This document shows positions 1-13,308 of a stretch of 64,000 bases of DNA, piece by piece; the first letter of the stretch is position 1; each line of letters begins with the position of its first letter. This stretch comes from Obrimoposthia wandeli (lineage: Eukaryota): NCBI GenBank assembly GCA_977020255.1, contig CDROCS010000715.1, forward strand, positions 558,001 to 622,000, given 5' to 3'. The translations under genes were made by a program, and so were the position numbers. A model generated the notes under the pieces. The model did no database searches. It worked only from the letters and a program-made list of their open reading frames with translations, and was not told the origin of the DNA.

Positions 1-23
1 CACGGATGGACATGAGAGATGAT

Positions 24-146
24 AGTAGTATGTGGATGTGTTTGGTCTAATCCACTCCCCGGGAGGCTAACACTGTCCTTTAAAACTGTGCATGTGTGTG
101 GAGTGAAATTTCATGCACGTGTGTGGAGTGAAAAAATCTATACATG
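24..146 (+). repeat. Terminal inverted repeat of Polinton A with two 25-bp sub-repeats
   Basis: AGT-repeat terminus. Units aaa(t/c)t(t/g)(c/t)(a/g)tgca(t/c)gtgtgtggagtg at 81-105 and 106-130, the same unit as at 26721-26820. Confidence 0.8.
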
Positions 147-595
147 TCCTGAAACGTGTATACACCTTTTAGCAGCACAAGAACAGTTTACTGGTTAAGG
201 TAGGGACATGATATTGGAAAATTAAGCGCATATGATACTTGAATTCTGTCAAAAGCGGTGACCCGTCGAGAAATATAAATACAGGGTCGAATTATTTGAA
301 TAATACGCTCTCATTGGTCGTTGAACTCAATCAACAAAATATTATGAAAATAGTACTATTTTCGAATAAAATATATTTTTATCCAATGACATTCTCGCAT
401 TCAAACGTAGTTAAAAAATTGAGAAAGGCCTATCAATTTTCAAATAAATGATTTGAACAAGACGCTCTCATTGGACGACAAAAATAGGATTAGTCTGATG
501 TTTGTGTATATAAGGAGACCTATTTTCATTATTTTTCATAAATCAAAATCAAAACCAAGAATGTATTTTTTAACAAGGTTGACCTAGACAAAGAT

Positions 596-2782
596 ATGGA
601 GGTTGAGTTGTATGGGATCTCTCTCCATTACAGCAGCGAAAGTCACCACCGTCGCAGTACATTGACTTACTTAGTCAAGACTCGTCGGAGGTGAGCGAAG
701 AAGAAGAAAACGAAGAAAAAGAAGCAGCAAGAGCGGAGCTGATAAAAGAAGAAGCTCCATTGGCCAGCTCAACTCCGAGAGAAGAACCAATGGGTGCGAG
801 GAGTGGAGTACAGATATCCCACTATAATGACATGACAAGTCAGAATTCGATTGAGAATTGGGAAGACTGTACTTCCTGATGGAGAACAGAAGCTCGTCCA
901 TAAACTTCGGCAGAAGCAGCAAGGAGATCATCCAATATCTTCGACAATTTTGAGACGGCAATCAAACTCCCCTGAAAAATGATCCCGCTGTCTCAGCCGA
1001 GATAGTCCTCGCACCGGACTCTGATGACGAGCTAATCAGTGATGAGGTATCGGCGGATCAGGAAGAGGATTTGACTCCATTCATCGATGAATGGATCCAG
1101 CCAAGTCACGGAGCCATTGATAATGCACCAACCGCAAATGAGTCAATGGTGTCAGAATTGGACGATGACGAGTGGCGGCTGTTCACGGATGAATAGGATG
1201 GTCTCTCTCCCACTGCTTCTCCAACTCCGGTAGCAGACAATACCGTGCCTGAACCATTCAGAAGGCCAGAATAAAGGCAACTAATGAGGTTAGACTATTC
1301 ATTTATTTCAAATGTTTTTAAATTTCATTTTCAGAAATTTTAATTCGATGTGGCAGCGTCGGTAACCATGACGGAGAGGCTGATAGAACTCCAATATTTG
1401 GCGAGTCAATGCAGCCAGGAGGTGCCAAGGAGTAAGCACCCGGATAATCTTAGCTACTCCGGATAATCTTAAGGTAAATTATTTTAAATGAGATAATAAT
1501 TTTAACTATTAACATAGGGAGCCGACTTGATGGAGGAAGTTCTGAAGGAGGCAACGCTCAAACTACCCGTGGATAGGAAGCAAGCCATGGTTAGGAAACC
1601 GCAAAGATATCGGTTGAAAACATCGACATTCCATCAGAAGAAGGCCCAGTTGGTGAAACAGCCAAAACTGTCTGTTATTGAGATAATTTATTTATATATT
1701 TAAATTTTATTGATGTTTCTTTGCAGGAACCTGCAACACTTATTGAAAAATGACTGAGAATGGCCACTACAATTCCATGGAGGTGGAAGCAGAAAGCAGT
1801 AGTATGCAAAACCAAACGCGTTAAAATGTGAAAACCAGTATTTTTCAGTTTACAAGGGTTTAAATGGAGCATCAGGATAAACTTTCTTATCCTATTATTG
1901 AGGTAAATTTAAAAAAAATGTAATGATATTTTTTTAAATAAATATTTTATAAAATGTTATTAATGTTTTTTATGCATGAACCGGTACAGATAACTGAGGA
2001 GACGTCGGGAGAAATTTATCCTTTCTGTGTAGACGGATAAAGCGAACAAAGGTGCAGAAGTCAAAGCGCTCCCGAACATATAGCACTTCAATGCTCAATT
2101 TTGCAGAGGCAGAGATTGGCCGACAGGATATTCTCCCATCCCCAGTTGACAACGGGCCAATTTATACGAGAAGATTCCAGTCTTTCCGATCGAGATTAGT
2201 CCGCATCCCAGTCAACGACATCTACAGGAGACTTCAATGGTACCGGCTCCATTAAGTATCAGCCAAAATTTGGCCAGAGCTTGGGCGACTGCTTCTCCAC
2301 TGCCAACAGTATCTACCAGCCAGAACTTGAAGATGGTCTGAGATGAAGCTGGATTGGACGAATTGCTAACAGAACTGGAGACCCCGCAACCGGCAATGCT
2401 TCCAGATTCACGAGGGCAGCATGATGCAGTCTCACGCCAGCTTCAGTGTGAGAAGGAGGAGAAAAAGAAAATAGCTTCGCGGAAGAAGAAACCTGCAAAA
2501 TCGACAACTTCTTCGACATGGTCATCTACATCGGCTGCACCTTCTCCCAAAAAATTGCGACAACTCCTGCCAAAACCTCAGGGAACGGCAATTGCTGCAC
2601 AACAACCCGTGCAGCCGAAAAAGAAACCAGGCCGACCAAAGAAGAAGGAGTCGGTGCCGCTTACTCTTATACCACTCAGTCGGAGGGATATCAATGATAA
2701 TGATCCCAATGATGACTTTGTGAAGTGTTTTATGAATAATATAATTCATAAAAATAATTGTACGTGTTTTGTTTTTATTTAA
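596..2782 (+). pseudogene. Multi-exon Polinton accessory gene A: acidic N-terminus, basic C-terminus with AT-hook-like KKKPGRPKKK
   Basis: GT-AG introns at 1289-1334 (46 bp), 1474-1517 (44 bp) and 1674-1726 (53 bp), plus a donor at 1903. Exons are GC-richer than introns. In-frame stops and a 19-bp frameshifting duplication near 1440. The last exon is homologous to 37392-37619. Start codon uncertain. Confidence 0.65.
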
Positions 2783-3009
2783 ATTTTTTTAATCTTTTAT
2801 TTCAAAAAGATAACTTTAAATTTACAGATTTTTTTACGAAATTTAGTTATATTAAAATGCAATAATAAATTATAGATTTTTAACAATATAAACTCTCATT
2901 TGATAAATAAAAATATATAATTTGGGTTTAGATTAAAAATATTTCAAATTTATATAAATAGGTTCAGATTTATTTACCTCTTCATTATTAAAAAAAGGAA
3001 TTTACTAAA

Positions 3010-3300
3010 TTGCAAAGTCTCGTGACGAAAATAGAAGAGAACATCAGAAGAAATGCAAAGAAAGGAGATATAAGAAAGAGGGTCCTGAATCAAAATTTGT
3101 ATGCTGCTGTCGTGGCCAAGAGGAATCGACAGATGAAGATTCAAGGCAGACAGTTAGCTGAGCGACGAAGGATCCCGGACTGGAATGGGAAGGTAGAATT
3201 ACAGCAAAAGCAACTGGCTGAAACAAGAAGAGTGGAGATGGAGGACAATCGCCGAGCTGCAAGAAAGAGAATTCTCTAGATCAAACCTGAAAAGGGTCCA
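3010..3300 (+). pseudogene. Basic coiled-coil Polinton protein B (unknown function)
   Basis: SLVTKIEENIRRN.KKGD.RKRVL.QN and MEDNRRAARKR are shared with the copy at 36775-37066. ATG->TTG and CAG->TAG relative to that copy. The upstream TATA region is conserved between the copies. Confidence 0.7.
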
Positions 3301-6300
3301 TCGACTAAAATTTTTTTTTGATTTTATTGGTTATTTATAGCGTTATATTTTACATAACCGAACTAAATATAAACCATTTTCTTTTCTTTCTTCTGAATAA
3401 CTGACCAAAGTAATATACTGAATGAAAGTTAAAAAAAATAATTTTAAAATAAAAAAATAAAAAAAACATTTGAAACTAACTTATTTTAGAATATTTTTTG
3501 AGAAATGAAATCCCTTTAAAATAAAGGTAGATTAATTTTTATGTAAATCAATTAATCAATCAATAACATTTTGTATTGATTGGTTCGTTTATTATTATTA
3601 TTTGTGGCGTGAGTTTCATTCTCTACTAATCTGGAGAAAGTCATTGTTAGAATTATTTTAAAAAGATACGATAAAACAAATTACAAGATTTGAGATTTAT
3701 AAACAATATGATTTTTCATAATTCTAGTGTATGAGAAAATATTATAATTAGGCTGTCATTTAATCAGTTGATTTTATTTCATCTTTCTGAATATATTCTT
3801 ATCAATTTTCAAACAGTTATTCTGAAATATTAACTTAAATATTTTGTTTATTTTCATGCGCTTGATATTTTATTTTATTAATTTACAATGTATATTTTTA
3901 AATAATTATTTTTCATATTGATTCATTTTTTAGAACCTCTATTACAGTAAATACAGATGAATTGAATAAATTTTAGAATTCTTTTATGTTTAAATTAAAT
4001 AATCCGTGAATTTGGATGTTTTAAAACGGTACAGTATTTCGTAGGTTTAAAAAATTCTGAAATTCACTAAAAAGTTTCTGAATAAATTAATTATATATCC
4101 TAAACTATTGGTCTAAATTATTGATGTCATTAATATGCAGAACAAGTGATAAGGAAATTATATCAAGAATACCGTGAAAAAACCAATGATATATCCAATA
4201 AATTCAAAAATAGGCCAATGAATTATTTCTATTACAAAAAAATACCCAAGTAAAAGTTAACCAGAAGATAAGAAAATATTTAATAAAATAAATGCTAAAA
4301 TAGCTCAAGAAAACGGTTTGTAAAAAAAAGAACTATTGAATTTATTTATTTTCAAAATGTGTGTTATGACTGCGGGTAACTTATTACACCTATCACATTA
4401 AACAGTTAGAAGAAACAATAAAGTTGAGAGACAAAAATAATACACATCCATTTTTATGGCAAAAATATTAGTAAAGATAAATTATTTGTTAAATAACTAC
4501 GAAAAACAATTTGAAGTCGTTTTAAATTTAGATTTTATTGTTAATGGTACGAGTAGATCAAATTCGGTCTAAGAGTATCTTGTTAAGTTGACAAAGTTAC
4601 TTGAATTTGTTTTGATACGTTTTCAGTAATTACGGGAAATAAAAGTGAATCTGCTATTGCATTAGAAAATATGATGCTTTACAAATATTTAGAAGTCGAT
4701 TGTCGGGGTCGTGTATTTGAATTATTTATGGGTTATGTTTTGAAGCAATATTTTATAAAGTAGAAACGCCCGATGTTTTGAGTTAATCATTAGGAAAAAA
4801 TGCATAAATACGTATTATAATTATTACAATATTTAAATCTGTAGTCAATATTGTACAGTGAATTACATTGATACAGATTGAATTAATTTAAACAATATTT
4901 TTGACATGGTGGAGAAAGCATCTAACTTTCATTCTTATTTGGAATATATAACATTGACTTAAGTTTTAATTAATAAAGGAGCAATCAAGTAGAATAAAAT
5001 ACAAGTACTTGCGAAGATTATATATTGTCTAGAATGAAATATGTTAAATTTTATATCGAAAACAAAATTTAAAAGATTTTATTTTATTTTATGGATACTT
5101 ACCATTTAGTATAAAAGCTTCACATAACAACAATGTGAAAGGAAATTATGTAAAATGTTAAATATCTGAATAAGATTAGTTCTGCAAATATTTCAATTTT
5201 CTGACTTCTTTTTAATTTCGACTGATCTTCTTTGCGGATGTTTTCACACTGTTTTAACCCATCCTTTATACATTTCTACACGACCTCATCAAGGTCTTAA
5301 TTTACTTTAATTTACTTAAATTTTTTTTCAATATTAAATTTATTTTAACCTTGGACTTTAAGGTAGAGTTTTTATTAAAAATAATAATAATTATTTATTT
5401 TATTTTTAGTTTCCTAATTCTAACAATATTACAATCAAGTTTCAGAAACAATGAATGACTAAGAATTTTAAAAAATTTTCAGAGTTGCAGTTGATATAAA
5501 TTTACGACAAAAATCAAATGATGAAAATTAAATTTTAAAGATGGTCAATATTTATATGAACCTTTTTTATAATTAAATTGCAATTGAAGAAAGAAAATGG
5601 TTCTTCCTGAAATTCTATACATTAGTTTGTCAGTAGCAATAAGAAAATCAAATAACATTAAAAAACAGAAAACACATCAAACTGCGGCTGTTTAGAAAAT
5701 ACAACTTAAACTTTTTTTATTTCGATTTTTTATATTGACAGTGTCTATATCCGATATATTTGACCTTGATTAAACAAATTTAAAAAAATCAAAACATAAT
5801 GCGTCTAAATTTTTTATTGATTTCTTTTTAACTTTTTAAAATACAAACTTTTCTTGTCAACATTATCTTTTAAGTTACCTTGGTAAAACACATGTAAATT
5901 CATATAAAAAACTTTTATAAAAAAGAACCTTCATTACTACTTTCACTACCCACCCATCATCGTAATCTCACTGCCCACTATTTAATTTCTTTACTAATAA
6001 TATTTTAATGTATTTAATTCTATTCCATTAACATTCTTCAACACTATGTGTGCTTATAAAAAATAAATGGTGCGTATTTAATTTATTTAATTTCGGTTCT
6101 ATTAACATTTTAAATCCGTTAAAAATATTTTGAGATAATGTTAAATACATAGATGATCTTATCAAAATCATACGTTTTTCTGTATTTTGTATTATTTATT
6201 TTAATTTCACATGTAGCTCCAAAACTAAAATTTTGAATTTTGAAATATTTTCATAATTTTTATATAGAAAATTCTTTATCTGAAATTATACAACTTCGAA

Positions 6301-6699
6301 GTTTTAGAATTTTTTTTTATTTGAAAACAGAGCAATTTGAAAATTCAAAATTTTGATTGTTGAATATCTCAAAATGTACGTCACAGCTAAATGATTTGTA
6401 TACTATTTAAATGATAAAAGCCTAGTCTAATTCATACAGATTTAAATAGAATGCTCAAACAATGAATACAATGTGTATATAACAATAACAAAAATATATT
6501 TCATGCAGTGGTAATATCTAATATATTTATGATTTATTACTCAAAAGTGATTTATGTTTTCTATTTTTCTTCATATTTTCTAAATAGTAAAGTCTTCAGT
6601 TGTTTTTTTGATTTTTTTCAACATTGTTACACTTTCTTGTACTGTAAATTGATGTCGAAATTCGTAGCATAAATTTCAAATATACCATCACAATTATAG

Positions 6700-6810
6700 T
6701 TTCCCGAGAATTTCTTAACCTATCCGCAGTCGTTATCGTTGCTCTTAAACTGCATATATTTCATCACTGTTCCAGGCTCTAGCGTATCACACAAAGTGGT
6801 GTGCAAAATT
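6700..6810 (+). pseudogene. CUB-domain-like exon remnant (mirrored at about 25075-25185)
   Basis: Translates FPENFLTYPQSLSLLLNCIYFITVPGS, resembling the CUB motif SPxYPxxYxxxxxCxYxIxxPxG. Preceded by an in-frame stop. Confidence 0.4.
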
Positions 6811-7015
6811 TTAAAATATGTATGATATTAAAATAAATTCTGGAATTCACTTACACAACCAATGTTCCTTAATTTAAATAAAAACGGCCTTGTTTAAATT
6901 GTTTTGCAATCGATATAATTGTTAAATTAAAATATTAAACTGTAAATAATTTAAAATATCAAGTCTTATAATCGCATGCATTAGCAATGTATAAATCTCA
7001 GTAGTACGGTATTTT

Positions 7016-7169
7016 CTTTTAAAATAAATATTTTTTGATGACTGTTGCATGTTTTTATCACTTTCCTACTTTGACATTTTATTGTTATGGTTCTTTTAAA
7101 ATAAATATTTTTTGATGACTGTTGCATGTTTTTATCACTTTCCTACTTTGACATTTTATTGTTATGGTT
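7016..7169 (+). repeat. 77-bp tandem duplication present only in the left arm
   Basis: cttttaaaataaata...gttatggtt occurs twice with period 77. Single copy in the right arm near 24791-24870. Confidence 0.95.
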
Positions 7170-10065
7170 TCTTTCTTAAAACTATTGATAAATTTTAACA
7201 GTTAATTCTGAATGTTTAAAGTATGTTCAATTTTTATATAACTTACGCAAAATTTCTAAATTGCAACTTAACCATTTTGAAATATCTCGCACGACAGTTT
7301 GTCTAGACAGTGTATTAAAGCATTATCTGAAAATAAAATTTTTATTTTTTTCGTATTACTGTGGAGAATAAACGTAAATTAAGATTAAAACTTGAATGTT
7401 AAACTTTATTGGACTGTATCAAGTTTATCAAAGAACAATTAAAAATCACATAAAAGAGACACGCAACGATAAACAAAAGTTAACATTTCTTATAAGATTC
7501 ATCCTCCAGGACTTCCGCTTTTCTGAAATGAAAAATGAAATGAAGTTATCAAAAATAAAAAAGAGACTGCTAAGAGTTGCATAGTTAATTGTGTTTTTAT
7601 TTTTCTAAATATAATTAAATTTTTGCTATTTTCTTTGTGATTATAATATGACAGTTAATGTTTATTGAAAGACAGTTTTTAATAGGGTTCAGTTTAACTT
7701 TGTTAAAAAACTAATATTACATTTCACAAATTAAATCATGCCAAAAATATTTCCATATGAAATATTTTAACGGAAATTAAACGAAAAACAAAATTTAACA
7801 CTTAAACAGAATAAAATCGAATTAAATCATAAATGATTCATTACTTTCCTCTAGCTTCAATATTCGTTCTGGAGAGTTTTGTATAGTTATTTTATGATAT
7901 TTTCCAACAACGTAGAATGCGGTTTAGAGGTTCTCGGGGCCGTATTCATGAACCTACGGGGAATAATTTGAAAATGTTAAGGATTTTTTTACCTTTGGTA
8001 TTAAAAACTGTTTTTATCTAAGAAAGGTATTTTAGAAAAAAACACTTTTAGAGAATAGATTAAGGCAATACAATGGAGGTTTGTTTTACATTTATTTTAC
8101 ACACAAAAAAATTAGAGATTGATAAATAACTTGAATACCGTTTTTCAATTTGAATTTCTTTCAAATAGTTTAATTAAAAGTTGATATGAAAATATTTTCC
8201 ACGAAATCAATAAAAATGTTAGAAAATATGAAAATTACAGCTGTGGCCAAAAGTTAGTTTTCAACTTTATCAAAAGATCTAAGTTCTAAACTAAGAAAGA
8301 TAATTTATAATTAAATAATAATTTACTTAAAATATTTAATTAAAAATAATTTAAAATTAAAGATAAGTTCAATAAATATTTAAAATATTTATATTTATTG
8401 AAAACTTACGTTTGTCTAACCTAATATTTGACAATGGAATAAAGTTTACCTTTAGTTAATAATTAATCTATATTAATATGAAAACATTTAGAAAAACATT
8501 TTTAGAGTTTACATTGCATTTATATAATTTAAACAAATGGTATTTAATATAACAATTTCGTAAAAATTGAATGATTCATAAATATATATTTGAAAACAAC
8601 TGAATATCCTAACACAAATTTCAAAAACAAAATGAAATTATTAAAATTTTGTCAATGTGATCAACGTTTCGAGCAGATTTCTTTACATGTTCATCAAAAC
8701 AATTTAATTATGTTTGTTTCCAATTTTTTATACTTCTTGACATTTATTTTCTTCCTAATCTGATTTTTTAGGTTTTGAAATTTCTATTTTAATATAATTT
8801 TATTCTTGAATTTAGTTTATGGTTGTTAATATTTTGGATTTTCTTTTTGTTTGTTGAAATTTGATGTTTAATTTTCCATGAATCATTTTAGTATTTCAAT
8901 TTTTGTTGAAAATTTAAAATGTGTAAACTTAAATAAAATATTTAAAATATTTTGTCCTTTTATTTTTATTAGCTAAGAAAATGCAAATTTTATTTATAAT
9001 TGAACTAATAGAAAAAGCTAAAGAACTCTTTGCTAAGGAAATAATTTCAGTTTGTGATCCCTAAAGGTAAGGAACATTCTTGAATATGGCTATTAACGTA
9101 CCGATAATTATAATTATTCATGTAATAGAACATAGAAAGGTAAAGCTATTTAAGCAGTATTATTTTCATTAAAATTTATATTGTTTAACAAACTTTGTAA
9201 TTCATGCTACTTGTTTCAATGTAGTTAAAATTTAGGAAAGTTTAGAAAATTTATAAATGATATTGTTTTAATGCAATTTTAACTTTACAATATATTAATA
9301 TCATAATTGATAGACTTAAACAAAATGTCAATAAATTGTATTACTCTATTCAATTTATAATTATTTTAAATTTTAAGTTATGAAATAATTTCTTTAAAAC
9401 GTTTAATGTAACAATGTAGATATATATATATATTTGGGAGGCACTGTACTGATACTATATAATTTTAAAAAATTATTAATACTTTGCTGTGTATTAAAAT
9501 ATTTTAAATTACCCTACTTTAATTTATGTTATTGTTTTATCTATGGGTATATACTGTTTTAATACAGATATATTTAACTAATTTAAAAAAATCATAAGTA
9601 ATTGATATAATCTACATCCTTTTTAAAATACTATATAGAAAATAATCTATTATTAAATAACAGACGCTAAATAAACAGATCCAAAGATTAATATTTCGAT
9701 AAAATAGGAACATCTGTTCTTTTCTTCAATTTAGTTTTGTGTAAGAATTTCTCAGATGTTTCGATAATTTTAATTAGATTTGTGAATAAAATGACTGGAG
9801 ATTAGATTTCCAATAATCTCCTCAGAGAAAATTGGTATTTCTCTTCTAAAATACTCTTATCAGCTTTATATAGATATATGATTTATGGCTTAGTATTTAT
9901 TGATTTCATTGTATATAATTTCCGTTTTATGAAATAAATTGTATAATTTTTAGATTCATCAAAATATCCCCATATTTCTTTTGTCAACATTTTTTTTTTA
10001 AAAAGAAATATTACCGATGTTTGATTTATACCTTGAAGGAAAATATATTTCAACTTTCATATATT

Positions 10066-10640
10066 TATGATTTGCTACAAATTTCATCGGGAGATGAAGC
10101 ATCATCAGTAACAACTGTTTAAAAGCATTTTAATAGCCAATATACAAGTTTCGCGGATGCAAAAAGGGTTACGCAATCTCGAACATATTTGACTGATGAA
10201 AACGTATCGAATATACAAAATTTAGTAATAGAAAATGCTTGATTAACAATTAATAAAATTGTTGAAGAAAAAATATTTGGTAAGATACAAGTTTCACATA
10301 TACAGGAATGATTTTTAATAGTACATGTAAACTAATAAAAGATATATATTTATTACTGATTACTATGTAGAAATGAAAAAATATGGATTGTATAGTAAAG
10401 GCTTTTAATTTCGAAGATTATTAGTTTATATTGCGTGCTAATATTTCGGACATATATTAAACTATAGTTTTCTGTATTTATTTGATTCGTTTAAAGTTTA
10501 ATAAAACCAACTTACACTGCATCCCAATATGATGAGACTCAGACCCATCTGAACGTGGTCAATGTAGCAAAAAATAGAAAGTGCCTACCACGACATAAAT
10601 AAGAAATGGAGTCCATGATTGCATTCTATACAATGCTTCT
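10066..10640 (+). pseudogene. CUB-like (YDLLQISSGDEASS) and LDLa-like (KCLPRHK.RNGVHDC) remnants
   Basis: 10066-10110 resembles CUB YDxLxIxDG. About 10560-10630 resembles LDL-A CIPxxxxCDGxxDC after frameshift correction. Confidence 0.3.
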
Positions 10641-11364
10641 CGGTTGGCAATTTCCTTATTTTCCTTCATGATTATTTGAAAATGGTAAATAGTAAATAAC
10701 ACTGTTTATATAATATTCCAGTAAAACACGTTCCTATCCAATAGAATTCATTTAGTAGAAAATCACTCAGATAGGCTTATAACCATTTTCTAAATTTATT
10801 TTGAATAATTTGAAATTAGTTTTACAACAAAATTTTAAATAAAATAAGTTTCACTACAATTGAATAAACTGAAAATTTTGTTAAAAACTGTAACTTTGAA
10901 ATAGTAAATACAATTATATAATCTTATTAAAAGAAACTACCATCATGTTCATGAATGCTTTTTTCATCTCTAGGTTAGATTTATGCAACTCAATATCGTA
11001 CAACCTTCCAAATATTTATCTAAATATATTACAAATAAATATAAACAAAGCATTAAGAATTATTTTCAAATATTGTATAAAATAAGAAGTGTCCAAGAAC
11101 TATATATATTTAACTACATTGTTTGTCGATAAATGCTCGCATACATTCAAATTTGTTTAGTTTCAAAGTCACAAATATGTCTGTATAAACATCTTTAAAT
11201 TGAAATTCCAAGTGTAACTAACTTAAGAAGAAATGACAATAAAAGAAGACTGGTTAATCAAAGTTTTAAATTGAAGAAATAAGAAAGGCTTTCCAAGTAT
11301 ATGCATACAAGCTTTACTTTAGTTTGTCATACTTTTATTAATTCTTCGTAATTGTTGTTGTAAT

Positions 11365-12480
11365 GTAATTCAGTTGGCTCCATTTGCAGAGTTTGCAGTA
11401 TATATTTTAACTGTATATATTTTAAGAGTTCTGAGAAATGGTGGGTGAATGACAGCAAGATGTTTTATTTCATCCGCATATTTTGTAGAATTCCTATAAT
11501 GACTATTTTTGAAATCATTGACCAATTGAAAATGTTGAGCTATGTCCTTTGAAAGTTGACGCTCAAGTAATATCAGTTTCATTTAGAATGTTTTGATGTG
11601 ATCACAAGCTTCGGCAATCAAATTATTCTATCCTTGCTACGCCTTATTTAGATGGAAAATTGTTTCAGTTTCTACTTAAAAAATGTCAGAAAAAAATGTC
11701 AGATAATTTAAATCATAAAAATTCCAATTTCTCCCAATCCTCTAACTCTGCAAATTGTTTTAAGCATTGTATACGACTGATCCATCTTACATTGGTGAAA
11801 AACACAATATCATCATATTCGGAACATAATTCGCTTAGATAGGCCTTGGCCGTGCGATGTCAGAGCGAATGCGATCGAATGTAATTTACATTTTTATGAG
11901 CAAATTCATAATATGGTTCATAGATAAAAACTTGAGAATTTGTTAATTGTACAAGCCCGTTACTGACGTCGATGTTTTTGTCTCCACCTCATTCATAATA
12001 AACTTTATCCCTTCTTTGTCTTACCGACCATAGCCTGATCTGCATAATTTGCTAAACCTGAAAGCGTTCCGATTTACAAATTTTTAACAGCTAAACATTT
12101 AAAAAATAATTTTCAAGCTTAAAAAAAGTGATTATTATTTGAGTCACATAAATACAGCTAAAGATTAGACTTTCAATTCCTTAATCCGATCTCGTAATAC
12201 CCCTTTCATGTCATCTGACAAATCTTTAATGTGACGCTATACTGTTTGATGCGACAGACTTATGCTTGAACTCACTTTACTTATATCTTTTATAACGGCT
12301 TCCATACATTCGTTCATCAATTTCTCTTCTTTGCTATAAGCAACACAACATAATAGCTTCTTTGACAATATAAGCTGATTGCAAAACATATTTTGCTGAC
12401 TATTTAGTTCAAATTTTGACGTATTCAACTTATATATTTTTCAATTCGTTTTTACATTTTGTTTCAAAAGACCTTTAAAC
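11365..12480 (-). mobile_element. Decayed hAT transposase (GTF2IRD2/Spin-Buster-like), left-arm copy
   Basis: Fragments ISLSHQTV, YDDIVFFTNVRWISR and MKLILLERQLSK. A roughly 42-bp deletion removes the first catalytic-Asp region relative to the right-arm copy. Confidence 0.85.
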
Positions 12481-13308
12481 AATGTATTTCTTAAATGCAG
12501 TTTTTGTTTCCCTATTAATCAAAGTTGTGAATTTTGAGTATTGTATTATGAAAAAGTTAACCACTTTCTAATAATTTCAGAAGTTTCTGTGTCTTCCGAT
12601 TTTTTTTTGCATTTATAATTTTTCTAAAAATCGTTTATACAATTTCAATACTCAACTGACCTGATAGATGATTTTTTGTAGTACTTTTTAACGTTTTTGT
12701 GTCCATTGATATTTTTTAATTCCCGAAATTTTTTTAAAAAAATTCCATTGTTTGAGCATATATTTGCAAAAGTCAATTTAGCTTAAAAAATAAAATTCAA
12801 GGCAGGTTTATTTCTGGGTTAGAAAATGTCAAAATAATATTTTTATTTAACAAATCAAACAATTATCTTGCAGACCACATCGATCCGCGGTCATTGAGGA
12901 TGGCTGCTTTAAATAAATACTTATGAAAATATAGAATTAACAATGAAAATATATTTAAGCTTCTAAATTAAATGAAATTTTCAGTGAATTCAAATTATTT
13001 TCAAAACGTTACAATTATTTCGGCATTTCATTTAATCGTCATAGCTTAAGAAACTGTGTACCAAATGTTATATCGAAGTCTAAAATTGAAATAATGTACG
13101 AACATAATTCCAGACCTCCACAGCAAGATATATTCCATCTAATTAACTCTAAATACGCCACTCTGTAAATCTTGGTTCACCCTCTAAGTTAATCTCAATT
13201 CAACTCTACTGTCGATTCATATGGTAAATATGATAAAGTTAAATATAAAAATACATTTATAAATCAAACATCGCGTATTTTACCAACTTTTCTTTGAATT
13301 AACTACAA

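Larger units (their letters stand above)
24..3380. mobile_element. Polinton/Maverick remnant A (one terminal arm, truncated; opposite orientation to element B)
   Basis: Starts AGTAGTATGTGGATGTGTTTGGTCTAATCCAC, matching the TIRs at 26674 and 38182. ORFs 2354-2782 and 3010-3279 are homologues of the minus-strand ORFs at 37392-37619 and 36775-37066. Similarity fades at about 3380. Confidence 0.85.
6491..13011 (+). repeat. Left arm of giant inverted repeat (about 6.5 kb)
   Basis: Reverse complement of 18434-25392. Outer boundary aaaatatatttcatgcagtgg, inner boundary ttttcaaaacgtta. About 97-98% identity in stretches checked by eye. The ORF track shows mirrored ORFs (7396/24321, 11370/19905, 11660/19645, 12237/19017). 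Confidence 0.97.

Noticed and set aside
2430-2460. LQCEK as an Rb-binding LxCxE motif
   Set aside because: The spacing is wrong (L-x-C-E-K).
6477-6490. atataacaa near both outer ends of the giant inverted repeat as a TSD
   Set aside because: The match is offset from the boundaries (5 bp left, 2 bp right) and is low-complexity AT-rich sequence.
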